From contig OZ025799.1 in NCBI GenBank assembly GCA_964019425.1, forward strand, positions 1,116,001 to 1,180,000: 64,000 nt of DNA, in the 5' to 3' direction. This DNA comes from Flectonema sp. DT1601. Lineage: Eukaryota. Position 1 is the first letter of the stretch. Every line of letters starts with the position of its first letter. Shown here piece by piece: positions 45,182-56,760 of this stretch. The position numbers and the translations under genes are program-made. The notes under the pieces are model-generated. The model did no database searches. It saw only the letters and a list, made by a program, of their open reading frames with translations, and was not told where the DNA came from.

Positions 45182-47011
45182 ATGGCTGGTAAGAAAGCAA
45201 TGCGTCCGCAAGATAGAAGGGCAGCGGAAAGGAGAGAAAGAGAAAGGAAAGAGGCGAAGATGATGAGGGAACAAGCCAGAAATGAGATCCGGGAAGAAGA
45301 AGAGGGGTCTCAGCAGGAGATAGAGTCCCAGCAACAGGAAGAAATGGAGATGGACTCTCCAGAAGTGCCAGAAGGAATCTCAGTAGAGGTGACCGCAGTA
45401 GGACCTCCAGCAGCATTTCAAGCAAGCCCTCAAAACAAGGAGGCAATTCAAACAAAGACAAGCCCTCAAAACAAAGAGGCAATTCAAATAAGCCCTCAAA
45501 ACATAGAGGCACAAGGAAGTGTTTTAAAAACAAAACAAAGCCCTCCATCAAATGAGGCACCCCAATCAAGCCCTCAAATCAAAGAGGCACAAAGAAGATC
45601 GACGGTGATGATGAATGGACCACCACCAAAGTTTAACAAGGAGCATTTTAAATGCAAAATACTCCAGCCAACTGATGACCTCAACAGCAAGACCAACGGC
45701 ATTATACTTGCATTATCTCAACAAGGAAGAAACCTGGACGAAGACTACTTCGAAAAGGCTAGCAAAACGCAACAACTGACGATAGTGTTCACACGACCAC
45801 CTCCAAAACGTGCCCTACAACGCGCAACTGACTGCAGTCAGATTCAGACGCCAGTCCAATTCGATGGACAATTAAAAATTAGAAGCTGGTGGTTCGTTAC
45901 AATGTCAGGCACGACCCACAGACCAACATTGACCATCGCCAAAAAGGTCAACCCACCGGAGACACATGAACTGATAGCCTGGATGACAAAGAAGGACATC
46001 TCCAAGGCGCAGGTGGAAAGCCCCTCAGCAGTAACAGCCATGATAAAAGCGGTTGTTGCACAACACGGAAGGGTGGATCAAAGATCGTACAGATCAGTGG
46101 AGGGAGACTTTGCGGAGTTAACAATCCTGCCAACGGATGTAGACTCAGCAGTAAAGTTACTGAAGAACTCGGGAACAGACAAGGTCTACTTCCGAATCAA
46201 ACAAACGCTGGGACAGTCAGCAACCAAGTACAGTACCGTGTGGCTGGACCGCAAGACGACGAATGATGAGGCAGTTGGCATTCTGAAAGCCCAACAAGAC
46301 CTCTGTTACGGACTCACCATCAGCCACGGCAAAATAGGGTTGAGAGTGATTAAAACAAAGGACGTCGACAAAGTAAGGAAGGGAGCTGGGAAGTACGCCA
46401 GCACTGTATACGGCGAAGGGCTACACCGTCTCAGCGGAGCGCCTTACAGCTGGGGCAACAGGCTCCAGAATATTCTATCGCAGTTGGGACTGAGGTCTAA
46501 ATTTGTAAGGATGGATCGGGGTGACTTCATCATCGCGTTGGACAAGAAGCCGGAAACGAAACTTGTCCAATGTGGTGAGGTAGTCATCCTAATTGAAAAA
46601 TTAGAAAGTGTGGAAGTGGAAGTGAAGAAACCCGTCGTTGTGAAATACCGCGAGGCCAAGACTTCGTATGCAGCCGCAGTCAAAAAGACGTTACCGACTC
46701 CGAAAAATCCAACAACTGAAGTACAAAACTCTGAGAGCAGTGTTAAGGAACTCAGAGAAAAGACTGACAACATGATGGCACAACTTAAGAATGATGTTAC
46801 AGATCTGCAGAAAAGATTAGAGGAGGGACTCTACAATCTAACGAAGGTGGTCGCAACCCTGACGGAGGCCGCTAATAAAAACGAAAAGAACTATAACAAC
46901 ATGGCCATAGCCATCACAAGTCTGGTAGAATCGGTGAAGCGGATGGAAGCCACTATTGGTCTCGGTCGAACAACAAGTACGAATAGAAACAACAACACTG
47001 GCCAATCATGA
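45182..47011 (+). CDS. Copy C ORF1 protein (SPQNKEA-like repeats, SYAAAV motif, C-terminal coiled coil)
   Basis: 609-aa ORF directly upstream of pol; SYAAAVK is a common LINE ORF1 motif. Confidence 0.8.
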   Translation: MAGKKAMRPQDRRAAERRERERKEAKMMREQARNEIREEEEGSQQEIESQQQEEMEMDSPEVPEGISVEVTAVGPPAAFQASPQNKEAIQTKTSPQNKEAIQISPQNIEAQGSVLKTKQSPPSNEAPQSSPQIKEAQRRSTVMMNGPPPKFNKEHFKCKILQPTDDLNSKTNGIILALSQQGRNLDEDYFEKASKTQQLTIVFTRPPPKRALQRATDCSQIQTPVQFDGQLKIRSWWFVTMSGTTHRPTLTIAKKVNPPETHELIAWMTKKDISKAQVESPSAVTAMIKAVVAQHGRVDQRSYRSVEGDFAELTILPTDVDSAVKLLKNSGTDKVYFRIKQTLGQSATKYSTVWLDRKTTNDEAVGILKAQQDLCYGLTISHGKIGLRVIKTKDVDKVRKGAGKYASTVYGEGLHRLSGAPYSWGNRLQNILSQLGLRSKFVRMDRGDFIIALDKKPETKLVQCGEVVILIEKLESVEVEVKKPVVVKYREAKTSYAAAVKKTLPTPKNPTTEVQNSESSVKELREKTDNMMAQLKNDVTDLQKRLEEGLYNLTKVVATLTEAANKNEKNYNNMAIAITSLVESVKRMEATIGLGRTTSTNRNNNTGQS

Positions 47012-50000
47012 TTGTGATTTGGTCAAATAACATTCGCTCAGTTCTGAAACCAGAAAACTACTTCAAACTGAATTGGGCTCTCAAAGAAGAAAAACCTGAA
47101 ATAATACTACTACAAGAAACATGGTTAACCGATGACAAGCCCTTCTCTGTTGACGGGTACAAAACTTACAGAAGAGACAGCACCACCAAGATGGGACATC
47201 GTGGGCTCATTACATTGGTAAGGAATGATTTTAAAAATGCGATTACTAAACTCAACGACATCTCATTTGACCAAACTGAGATACTATCAGTAGAATTACA
47301 GTCTAATCCACCTCTTATAATACATAATGTTTACCACCCGCCTGAAATCAAGGCAACAACCTGGAAGATTAAATCAGAACTCGGCACATTAATTGCAGGT
47401 GATATAAATGGACACCATCCGACATGGTCTAATGGAAATAAGAACACTACTGGTATAAGCTTCTATAATTGGTCACTGGAAGCTGCGATGAAAGTTATTA
47501 ACAACCCTCAACAACACACGAGACCGCTAAGCCTGACATCCCCAGACATTGTAGCCTTGGACAACACGATGGAAGCAGAAGTTAAAATTATGAGAGGGTG
47601 GGGTAGCGACCATCAGCCACTCAAAATAATCATCGAAGAAATAAAGACTCAAGAGCAACATCAGAAAACTTACAATTGGAAATGGAAATGGCACTGTGCC
47701 GACTGGGAATACTACAGAAGAATATTGCAAGCTGCAGCACCCAAGCTGGAACATATAAAAACAGTCCAAAAACTGGGAGCAAGAATAAACAATGAAATAT
47801 TAAAGGCAGCGGGAAGGGCCATACCAGGATATAACAAAGAAGTAGGTGGTGCCTTCACAGTGAGGGACCCTGAACTTGAGGAGTTAATGACTGAGACGGA
47901 TCCGGATAAAACAACTACGGATGCTATAGCAGAAGGAATCCGAAAGGTAAAACAGAACATTATCGAATGTGATATGTCGGGAAAAGATTATCGGTGGGCC
48001 TTTCGGAAAGTCAAACAGCTAGAAGGTAGAACGATCGATCATGCGATCAGTAACATAACACACAAAGGGAGGGAATTAACTGATTCACAGGAAATAGCAA
48101 ATGCTTTTACTGAAACGTACGCAAACCAATTCCCGAAAGATGGGGAAATGGAGACAATTTCGGAACGACCGGATGAAAATGATGAGGAATTTGGGATGTC
48201 GGAACTGGTGAGACAGCTCACAAAAACGAAGGAAAAGAAAGCACCGGGACCCGACAAGATCTGGAATTCTATGATCAAACAACTGCCGGAAGCCTTTCTC
48301 AAACAACTGTTGCGACTGTTTAACCTGTCATGGCAACGATCAGCTGTACCAAGGTGCTGGAAAAGCGGTATGGTCATACCCATATTAAAACCAGATAAGG
48401 ACAAAAAGCAAGTTCTTTCTTATAGACCGATAACACTCACCTCTTCTATTGCGAAGCTCTTTGAGAGGATGATCGTTGAACGCATGCATCATTTATTAAA
48501 TAAGACGATGAACCCAAGACAGGCGGCCTACAAACGCGGACGAGATGCTACAGAAAACCTATGCATCGTAACTGACCGGCTTCTCAGTGCTAGGGACAGG
48601 GGAAAGGAAGCAATACTAATCACCTTTGATCTACAAAAGGCATTTGACGCGGTACAGCCAAAAACTCTTATGGACAAGATGATGACCGCAGGGTTACCAA
48701 CAAGGTATCTGAGGTGGGTACAAAACTATCTGACCGGAAGAAAAATCACAACGAGGGTGAACGGAACAAAAGGTAATTTCCAAAACATACAAGTGGGTGT
48801 ACCACAAGGAAGCGTGCTGGGCCCCCAGCTCTTTTCGATATTTATAAACGATTTAATAGAGAAACTGGAGAAGTTTGAGCCAACCGTCTTTGCTGACGAT
48901 GTTGGGATAGTTATCGCATCCGATACCATCAACCGTCTGGAGGATCGAGTCAATGAAGCGGTACGAATCTTTGAGGAATGGGCATTAGACTCCCAAATAA
49001 AAATTAATAAGAACCCTGGCAAAACTGAATACATTCATGTGAAGCCGAACAGAACGCAGGACAAGTCCCCAGTTGTGGTGTACTCTGAAGAGCATACTTT
49101 TAAATATGTTGTGGCCACAGCAGAACAGATAAGAAACCTTGTGAAAGACGATGGCACAACAACAGTAGAAAAGAAGGAAGACTATGCTGTCACTCACTTG
49201 TACGTGGTGCCGCCACATAGAATAAAGACAAAGCTGCCGAACAAACCAACAGTAATAAAAACACTAAAGATGAATGCTCAGCGCTTCCCCCAACTAAAGA
49301 AAGTTCACAATCGGGGGGAAATAGATAAGATGTTGGAAACAGTGGGGCCAGGACTTCACGGATTCGCACTTGCAACTGGACGGAAAGTACATAAGTCGAA
49401 AGTTGTAAGATACCTGGGAGTACACTATGACGAGAACCTGACATTCGAGTCACAGATGGGGAAAATGATGATAGCTGCATCTAGAGGTCTTGGCTTACTG
49501 ACTAGACTTACCCGGATAGGCTGTAGGAAGAGAACGCTGATTAGCATCCTAGTGACGGTGGTCCTAGCAAGGATCCTTTATGGTGTTGAGAGCTTTGCTT
49601 GGGTACTAACAAGCAACTTTCTCCAGCAACTGGAATTAATTATAAACAGAACAGTGAGGCTGGTCACTGGATGCCTGCGGAGCACAGAATTAACAAGACT
49701 GTACGAAGAGGCAGACACTCCACGACTAAAGGAACACATCCAATACAAGATGTGCAGAACATATGAACGATTCAAGCTCAGTCCACACCTACCAGCACAT
49801 GAACTGACAAAAACAAAAAGAATGGAAGAGAACCCACCAAAAACGATATGGGGATAGACTGTCTGGAATTACTATGTATCTGGGATCCCTGGTCTTGACA
49901 TAAACAGAAGTATCATAAGCCAAGAAGTAAATCCGGAGCACTACACGCTACCACCGTGGAAAGAAACTAATGCGATGAAGTTCACTTACCCAGGTGACAA

Positions 50001-50928
50001 AGACGAGGCGAAACGGAGTGAAGCAGACTTACCTGCTCAAGACACGAGAGTTTACACGGATGGGTCGATAAGACACAAGTCTAAGACCTACATGACGAAT
50101 GCAGCTGCTGCTGTGGTTATAGTAGACAAAGGCAAGACGTGTCTACTTGGATACAAAATACCGGTGGCGGGTTCCTCCTACAGGACTGAACAGATCGCTG
50201 TAAAATTGGCGATGGAGAATCTTGTTCAAGCAGCGAAGGAGGAACGAGAATGTCCGACAGCAACGACGCACCTGTTGACTGATTCGATGTCAGTCATGCA
50301 GGCATTGGAACAAGGACCATACAAACAAAGGTCCCCAATGAATAAAGACATCTGGAAGTTAGCTATGAAGCTAGAGAGGAAGGGTGTACAAATTAACGTA
50401 CAGTATGTGCCAGCGCACAGAAATGTACGATACAATGAAGTAGCAGACCAGATTGCGAAGTATGCAGCAGGCCTGAAGGATGATCCACCTTATAAGGATG
50501 TAATTATTAAACAACTACCCGCTCAACTTGATATGGGAACGATGATGACCTTCCACAAGCGGAGAAAACGGGAGAACTGGTTAGGGCCAGGAGAGGTAAG
50601 GCACCCTCCATACATTGATGAGCTCACCAGACCGGAAGAAGTGATCATGTCACGCTTTAGAGTGGGACACTGCAGATCCTTGAAACTCAAGGGACAAAAT
50701 GAGAAATGCATTTTCTGTAAAGATGCAAGGGCAACACCACATCATGTGGCCTTATTATGTGAACACTGGTGCGTGGAATTCTTAAGAGACAAGTACATCG
50801 ATCCTATGATAAACGAAGAAGGAGAAGAACCATGTTCTCTAGAAGACTGTTACTTACCGAATAACCAACGAAGGATGTTAAACTTTGTCACTGCCTTGGA
50901 CGAACTAGCAGTACTAACAGGAAGGTAA
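47008..50928 (+). CDS. Copy C ORF2 (APE-RT-RNase H-CCHC) interrupted by one in-frame TAG at 49855-49857
   Basis: LLQETWL, GDINGH, SDHQPL; KAPGPD, GVPQGSVLGP, FADD, RYLGV; after the TAG the same frame stays open into VYTDGS, TDSMS, YVPAH, NEVAD and CIFC...H...C. Confidence 0.85.
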
Positions 50929-51439
50929 TCTTATAATCGACAAATGTCAAGATCAAGACCGCAGCCTACAAGACTAGGAAGTACTGATGGCAATTTAGCA
51001 ACACATCCGAAGACGTCCAAGTGGACAATTTACTCTGTAGTATTAGTTTTAAGTTATCAAAACAAAGAAAGGAGATACGAAGCCTACGGGATCCCCACCC
51101 CCAACCCCCAAAACAAAGAAAGTAAGAAAGAAAGAAAGAAAAAGAACAACCGCGCCTAACAGCGCAATCAGCATCACAGACTCACGGGTCGTGGTGCACA
51201 CAAAAAAAAAAAATTTTTTATTTTCTGAGCATGCTCTCAGTTTACTCTCAGTTTACAGTATTGACTTGTTTAACTTCAGCTGAGTGCTTTTGTCAAAGAA
51301 CGACGTCATCCGATACCGGAATGCATTGATGCAGCGCTGATGTACATTCGAAAGGGAACTATTGGTGAAATTATTGAGAAAGCAAGAATCTCTAAGACTG
51401 CACGTACTTACGGCAGTCCAATGTGATTGCGATTTACTT

Positions 51440-51650
51440 GGTGAGAGTCCCGTACATCTGAGCAGCCATCCAGTCTACCTTCACAGTCAGCAAGAGTCGC
51501 TCAGTTTGGGAATGCTGAGCTAATTGGCAGGTATTCCTCTGCTAAGGCTAAATATCTCCCGGAGACCGATAGCGAACAAGTACAGTGATGGAAAGATGCA
51601 AAGAACTTTGAAAAGAGGGTTAAAAGTCCCTGAAACCGGTGAGTGGTAAG
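51440..51650 (+). pseudogene. Isolated fragment of cytosolic LSU (28S) rRNA, D1-D2 junction; may extend to ~51770
   Basis: GGTGAGAGTCCCGT...GAGTCG...TTTGGGAATGC...GCTAAATAT...GAGACCGATAGCGAACAAGTACAGTGATGGAAAGATGCAAAGAACTTTGAAAAGAG is the conserved eukaryotic LSU block. Confidence 0.88.
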
Positions 51651-52269
51651 AGTACGAGATCCGTTCAAAACTTCATGATTCTCCTCATTAGTCCTTCATT
51701 AAGTTGTCTGGTCGTATTCGACGCGCCTACATGCTGGGTGCCGTGAGCTTGCTCAGCTTACCGACCTTGAGACCACTTGAACAGCCCGAAGGTCTGCCCT
51801 CAAGAGAAAATTATAAACAACACCAAAGTGTCAAACAGGTCAAATCCACGACGGTTCTAAGTGAAGGGACTGGAGGATCATCTTAGAGTGCTTTATCTGA
51901 ACTTAAGGGAGGCCACTTCTACCGAAAAACTGAATTGGGTCTTAAGTACTGGATTCTTTTAGACTTGCTATGTGGATTAGGGCTCAAAGTTAATCTGTCC
52001 CATACATTCTCACATTGCAGTATAGAAGAAAATGAGAGGCTGATTCTCTGGCTGCGAAAGCGGTTAAAATGGTGCAAAATAATGTACAAGTGGACTCAAA
52101 ACAGTCACAACAAAAAGATATGGTAGGACCTAGAAAACCGGCCCAAAACTTGTGTTGCAGTTTATCTTTTTAGCGCACACTCATGTAACATAAGGATCGC
52201 TGGTTCCGAGGGTTTGCTCTCCTGCCATACTTGCCTCTCACCTCCCTTACAAAAATTAAATATTTACAT

Positions 52270-52460
52270 ACAAAGGTCAAGATTGCCGAAATTCAACAGG
52301 GAAATGGAAATACTAATATCTCAAATGAGAATGCGTAAGGCATGCTTTACTACAAAAGCAAATTGATAACCGATATAGAAATGGATTGTGTCTCTGCTGT
52401 GAAGTGGAGGACACAGTGCAACACTTTGTTTGTGAATGTCTGGCATTCTACAAAGAAAAT
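52270..52460 (+). mobile_element. Degenerate LINE C-terminal (zinc-knuckle) fragment
   Basis: Frameshifted translation LISQMRMR...GLCLCCEVEDTVQHFVCEC resembles the LINE CCHC motif. Confidence 0.45.
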
Positions 52461-53267
52461 AAAATGAATTTAGACTCGCTCATATTAACAGAAGACTAGT
52501 TAATAGAACAGTCTAACAACTTTGATGGCATGGTAATGCTATTAAAATATCTATGTGACGTAGGGGATGGACAAGTCTAGATGACAAAACTAAAAAGAAC
52601 TTACACTTGTATGGAACACTTTAATTCGTACAATCCATGTGAAAGTTTTCTTATGCAAGCAAAGCTGAAGGAAGCAGGTTCATGCTGCACAAGGTTCGAT
52701 GATTACGTCAGATGATGGGATGACTACCATTCGAAGAAATTACTGAAAGTAAAACTGACAGTTTGATGATGAGGAGAATACTTATTTAGATATAGATGTA
52801 CTCGCATGAGGATTTATAAACATATTGAGTCAACAACTCAAAGAATAAGGGTTTATCGAGTAACCCGTCAAAACTATGCTGTTGTAACTCTTATGCTGAT
52901 TAATTAATTTTATTTTTTACATAACTCTTGCTGCACATTAGACTAATCTAGCTCAGTCTTACGTTTCTCTCTTGTATTCCTTCAACGAACCCATAGAATA
53001 GATAAACCCCTTCTGTTAAAGATATTAACCAATAAACAAATCTTTGTTTACCCAACAGGATACCACATTATTAAGAGAGATGAGAAACTCGTATTTTTGT
53101 CATATAACAGGTTGTTTGTTAAGCAAATCATGGCTGTAGGTTGGGAATAAATTGTGCGACAAAAAATAAGAAGTCTGTTTGAAGAAATATGTTTTACACG
53201 TTTGTTAATCTCATCATACTCCAAGCCATTCATCATCACATTTCGTAGGTTACTCAGGCGGGTTAAA

Positions 53268-55493
53268 ATGCAACTTTCGGTTACGTTCCCAGACACAGGA
53301 TTTCCTGACATTGTTTTCACAGCTTCTGAAGAGTCGCTCGTGAAGGATGCATTGCAGGTTGCAGCTGATGAGTGGGGTACCGATGCTGACTTTCTTGAGC
53401 TTTCTCTCGCAGGATCGCGGCTTCGAGCAGGTAGTCGACTGGTGTCGTACGGAGTGGAGGACGGCTCGCTGTTGGATGCATCGGTGGTGCGCTTGTTTGG
53501 ATTGGAATGGTTCACAGATGCTGCAAAGAGAGCTAAGGCATTCCTACGAGGAGAACGGGATCAGGACGGGTTTTTCTGCCTTGATACTCCTACATTCGCT
53601 GTGGATGGCTGTCTTCAGTTTGACTACGATGAGTGGTTCTCGGATGATGTTACGAACATCTCATTCAGCAATTCTGAACCCTCAGTCACGACCGTATCAG
53701 ATAATTTCTTATCCTCATCTCGTAAGGTTATAAAGGTCAGTCTGCCTAGTCTTCAATACGTCACATCTGTTGGTAATAAATTCCTCAGTAATTGCAATTC
53801 ACTGTCATCCGTGGACTTATCAAGTCTCAGCAATGTTTCAGCTGTTGGAGACTCTTTTCTATCTTATTGTTCATCCCTCACATCTGTTGACTTATCAAGT
53901 TTCAGCAATGTTTCAGTTGTTGAAGACGATTTTCTATTTTCTTGTTCATCCCTCACATCTGTTGACTTATCAGGTCTCAGCAATGTTTCAGCTATTGGAA
54001 AGTCTTTTCTACGTTCTTGTTCATCCCTTACATCTGTTGACTTATCAAGTCTCAGCAATGTTTCAGTTGTTGAAGACGATTTTCTATATTGTTGTTCATC
54101 CCTCACGTCTGTTGACTTATCAAGTTTCAGCAATGTTTCAGCTATTGGAAAGTCTTTTCTACGTTCTTGTTCATCCCTTACATCTGTTGACTTATCAAGT
54201 CTCAGCAATGTTTCAGTTGTTGAAGACGATTTTCTACGTTGTTGTTCATCCCTCACGTCTGTTGACTTATCAAGTTTCAGCAATGTTTCAGCTATTGGAA
54301 AGTCTTTTCTACGTTCTTGTTCATCCCTTACATCTGTTGACTTATCAAGTCTCAGCAATGTTTCAGCTATTGGAAAGTCTTTTCTACGTTCTTGTTCATC
54401 CCTTACATCTGTTGACTTATCAAGTCTCAGCAATGTTTCAGCTATTGGAAAGTCTTTTCTACGTTCTTGTTCATCCCTTACATCTGTTGACTTATCAAGT
54501 CTCAGCAATGTTTCAGCTATTGGAAAGTCTTTTCTACGTTCTTGTTCATCCCTTACATCTGTTGACTTATCAAGTCTCAGCAATGTTTCAGCTATTGGAA
54601 AGTCTTTTCTACGTTCTTGTTCATCCCTTACATCTGTTGACTTATCAAGTCTTAGCAATGTTTCAGTTGTTGGAGACTCTTTTCTATTTTTTTGTTCATC
54701 CCTCGCATCTGTTGACTTATCAAGTCTCAGCAATGTTTCAGCTATTGGAAAGTCTTTTCTATATCGTTGTTCATCCCTTACATCTGTTGACTTATCAAGT
54801 CTCAGCAATGTTTCAGCTATTGGAAAGTCTTTTCTACGTTTTTGTTCATCCCTTACATCTGTTGACTTATCAAGTCTCAGCAATGTTTCAGCTATTGGAA
54901 AGTCTTTTCTACGTTCTTGTTCATCCCTTACATCTGTTGACTTATCAAGTCTCAGCAATGTTTCAGCTATTGGAAAGTCTTTTCTACGTTTTTGTTCATC
55001 CCTTACATCTGTTGACTTATCAAGTCTTAGCAATGTTTCAGCTGTTGGAGACTCTTTTCTATTTTTTTGTTCATCCCTCGCATCTGTTGACTTATCAAGT
55101 CTCAGCAATGTTTCAGCTATTGGAAAGTCTTTTCTATATTGTTGTTTATCCCTTACATCTGTTGACTTATCAAGTCTTAGCAATGTTTCAGCTGTTGGAG
55201 ACTCTTTTCTATATTGTTGTCGATCCCTCACGTCTGTTGACTTATCAAGTTTCAGCAATGTTTCAGCTATTGGAAAGTCTTTTCTATATTCTTGTCCATC
55301 CCTCACATCTCTGGACTTATCAAGTCTCAGCAATGTTTCAGCTGTTGGAATGTATTTTCTAAGTGATTGTGCCTCACTTACTTCCTTGGATTTAACCCTC
55401 ATGAATGTGCAATCCGTCGGAGGTAATTTCCTAAAAGGTTGTTCATCCATTAACAGAGACGAACTGCATACGAGCATAAAGAATTTGAAATGA
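53268..55493 (+). CDS. Ubiquitin-like N-terminal domain + BspA-type leucine-rich repeat protein, copy 1 (741 aa)
   Basis: MQLSVTF...LSLAGSRL...LVSYGVEDGSLL (Ubl-like); over twenty 25-aa repeats of the form CSSLTSVDLSSLSNVSAIGKSFLxx. Confidence 0.85.
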   Translation: MQLSVTFPDTGFPDIVFTASEESLVKDALQVAADEWGTDADFLELSLAGSRLRAGSRLVSYGVEDGSLLDASVVRLFGLEWFTDAAKRAKAFLRGERDQDGFFCLDTPTFAVDGCLQFDYDEWFSDDVTNISFSNSEPSVTTVSDNFLSSSRKVIKVSLPSLQYVTSVGNKFLSNCNSLSSVDLSSLSNVSAVGDSFLSYCSSLTSVDLSSFSNVSVVEDDFLFSCSSLTSVDLSGLSNVSAIGKSFLRSCSSLTSVDLSSLSNVSVVEDDFLYCCSSLTSVDLSSFSNVSAIGKSFLRSCSSLTSVDLSSLSNVSVVEDDFLRCCSSLTSVDLSSFSNVSAIGKSFLRSCSSLTSVDLSSLSNVSAIGKSFLRSCSSLTSVDLSSLSNVSAIGKSFLRSCSSLTSVDLSSLSNVSAIGKSFLRSCSSLTSVDLSSLSNVSAIGKSFLRSCSSLTSVDLSSLSNVSVVGDSFLFFCSSLASVDLSSLSNVSAIGKSFLYRCSSLTSVDLSSLSNVSAIGKSFLRFCSSLTSVDLSSLSNVSAIGKSFLRSCSSLTSVDLSSLSNVSAIGKSFLRFCSSLTSVDLSSLSNVSAVGDSFLFFCSSLASVDLSSLSNVSAIGKSFLYCCLSLTSVDLSSLSNVSAVGDSFLYCCRSLTSVDLSSFSNVSAIGKSFLYSCPSLTSLDLSSLSNVSAVGMYFLSDCASLTSLDLTLMNVQSVGGNFLKGCSSINRDELHTSIKNLK

Positions 55494-56239
55494 CCAGTGT
55501 GCGTTGTTCCCTTTGTTTTATTTAAAGTTATTTATTTTGTCTTTTATTTGAGTGTTTTCAGAAAAGAAGATGTGTGTTCGCTCACGCACTCTTAACAAGT
55601 GTTTGTTAAATATTTAATTACATCGCAATATTCCTATTCCCTTTACTGGGTCATATTCTCATCAGATTCCCAACCCCATTTGGTATTCCCCACCCGCCTT
55701 CCCCCGCCAGTGTCTGGTCGAATCGAAACAGGCCTGGCCCAATCCCTGTGCGCGCGGAAGTAATCTGCACCCATCTACAGTGTAGATACTTCTTTGAGTT
55801 GATCTCAGCTTGTTTAGGTAATGCCTTATTCTCTTATCATATTTCCTTCTCAGGTGCAAACAGTGATGGAAAGCGAATTACAGAAATCTTCTCTTTTGTA
55901 AAACCTTTTTTGATTGACGTTTCTGGGTGCCATTCCCTGCTGTGATTCTCCAGTGCCGTATGACTTTAGCTTCCCCGTAGTGTTGTTACATTGAGCCTGA
56001 TTAAGTATCTTATTACTCCCTCAAAGTAATTACTAAAACAAGGAACTCCCCAGGGACTTCACACCATACGATGATGAACAGATAGTGATGTAGTTCATAT
56101 GTATTCAGTTTTATTATTATTATTATCAACAATCAATCACATGGCTGTCATTAACGAGGTGAAAGCCACGGAAGCACAACCACAAGAATATACAGAAGTA
56201 ATTTATGGTTAGTTGTGTAAGAAAGGACACATCCGTAAT

Positions 56240-56515
56240 GAAGAAGAATTAAAGGAACTAAAAAAACATGTCGTGTTCCTCCCAGTGGACAAGGCAAGAA
56301 ATGATTGTGCAGTAATGTGCGAAGCTTATTATTGTGAGCTATTGAAAATGAAATGGAAAGTTACGAAAAGGTAGAAAATGTGTTAACAAAGGGGTTGAAT
56401 GAAAACAAATAAGGAACTCAAATTTCCAAAAATCACTGGCTCAGTGCCGTACTTATATGGGATTTTTAAACTGCATAAGATCCCAGACATCCTTTGATAG
56501 ATTGCAGGTACATCT
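56240..56515 (+). mobile_element. Degenerate Penelope-like element RT N-terminal fragment
   Basis: VVFLPVDKARNDCAVMCEAYY and VPYLYGIFKLHK match the PLE DK and PxxYxxxKxHK motifs; stops and frameshifts present. Confidence 0.6.
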
Positions 56516-56760
56516 GTTAATTGAGAAACTTTGAATGAGGAAACTAAAGAACCTGACAAAGAGACTGATGAATCAAAGAAGGTGACCAATACCAGAGCCA
56601 GAGTTTTTCGATCCAATGTAATGACACCCGCTCAACAGGAACTTACTGGAATTATCACTCACACTAAAAACAAAGGACCATATGGAATATCACGTTTGTT
56701 ATCTCATCATACTCCAAGCCATTCATCATCACATTTCGTAGGTTACTCAGGCGGGTTAAA

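Larger units (their letters stand above)
45161..51213 (+). mobile_element. Non-LTR retrotransposon, copy C (distinct family: ORF1 + APE-RT-RNase H-CCHC); 5' boundary approximate
   Basis: Two long ORFs overlapping by ATGA; A-rich 3' UTR and A12 tail at 51202-51213; no convincing TSD. Confidence 0.88.

Noticed and set aside
45163..51220. TTTTTTA as the TSD of copy C
   Set aside because: Low-complexity 7-mer in AT-rich DNA; likely by chance
51440..51650. Functional rDNA unit
   Set aside because: Only a short LSU piece, with no SSU, 5.8S or remaining LSU sequence
53770..55477. 530-aa and 537-aa ORFs overlapping LRR copy 1
   Set aside because: By-product of a stop-free 75-nt repeat; the equivalent frames are broken in copy 2
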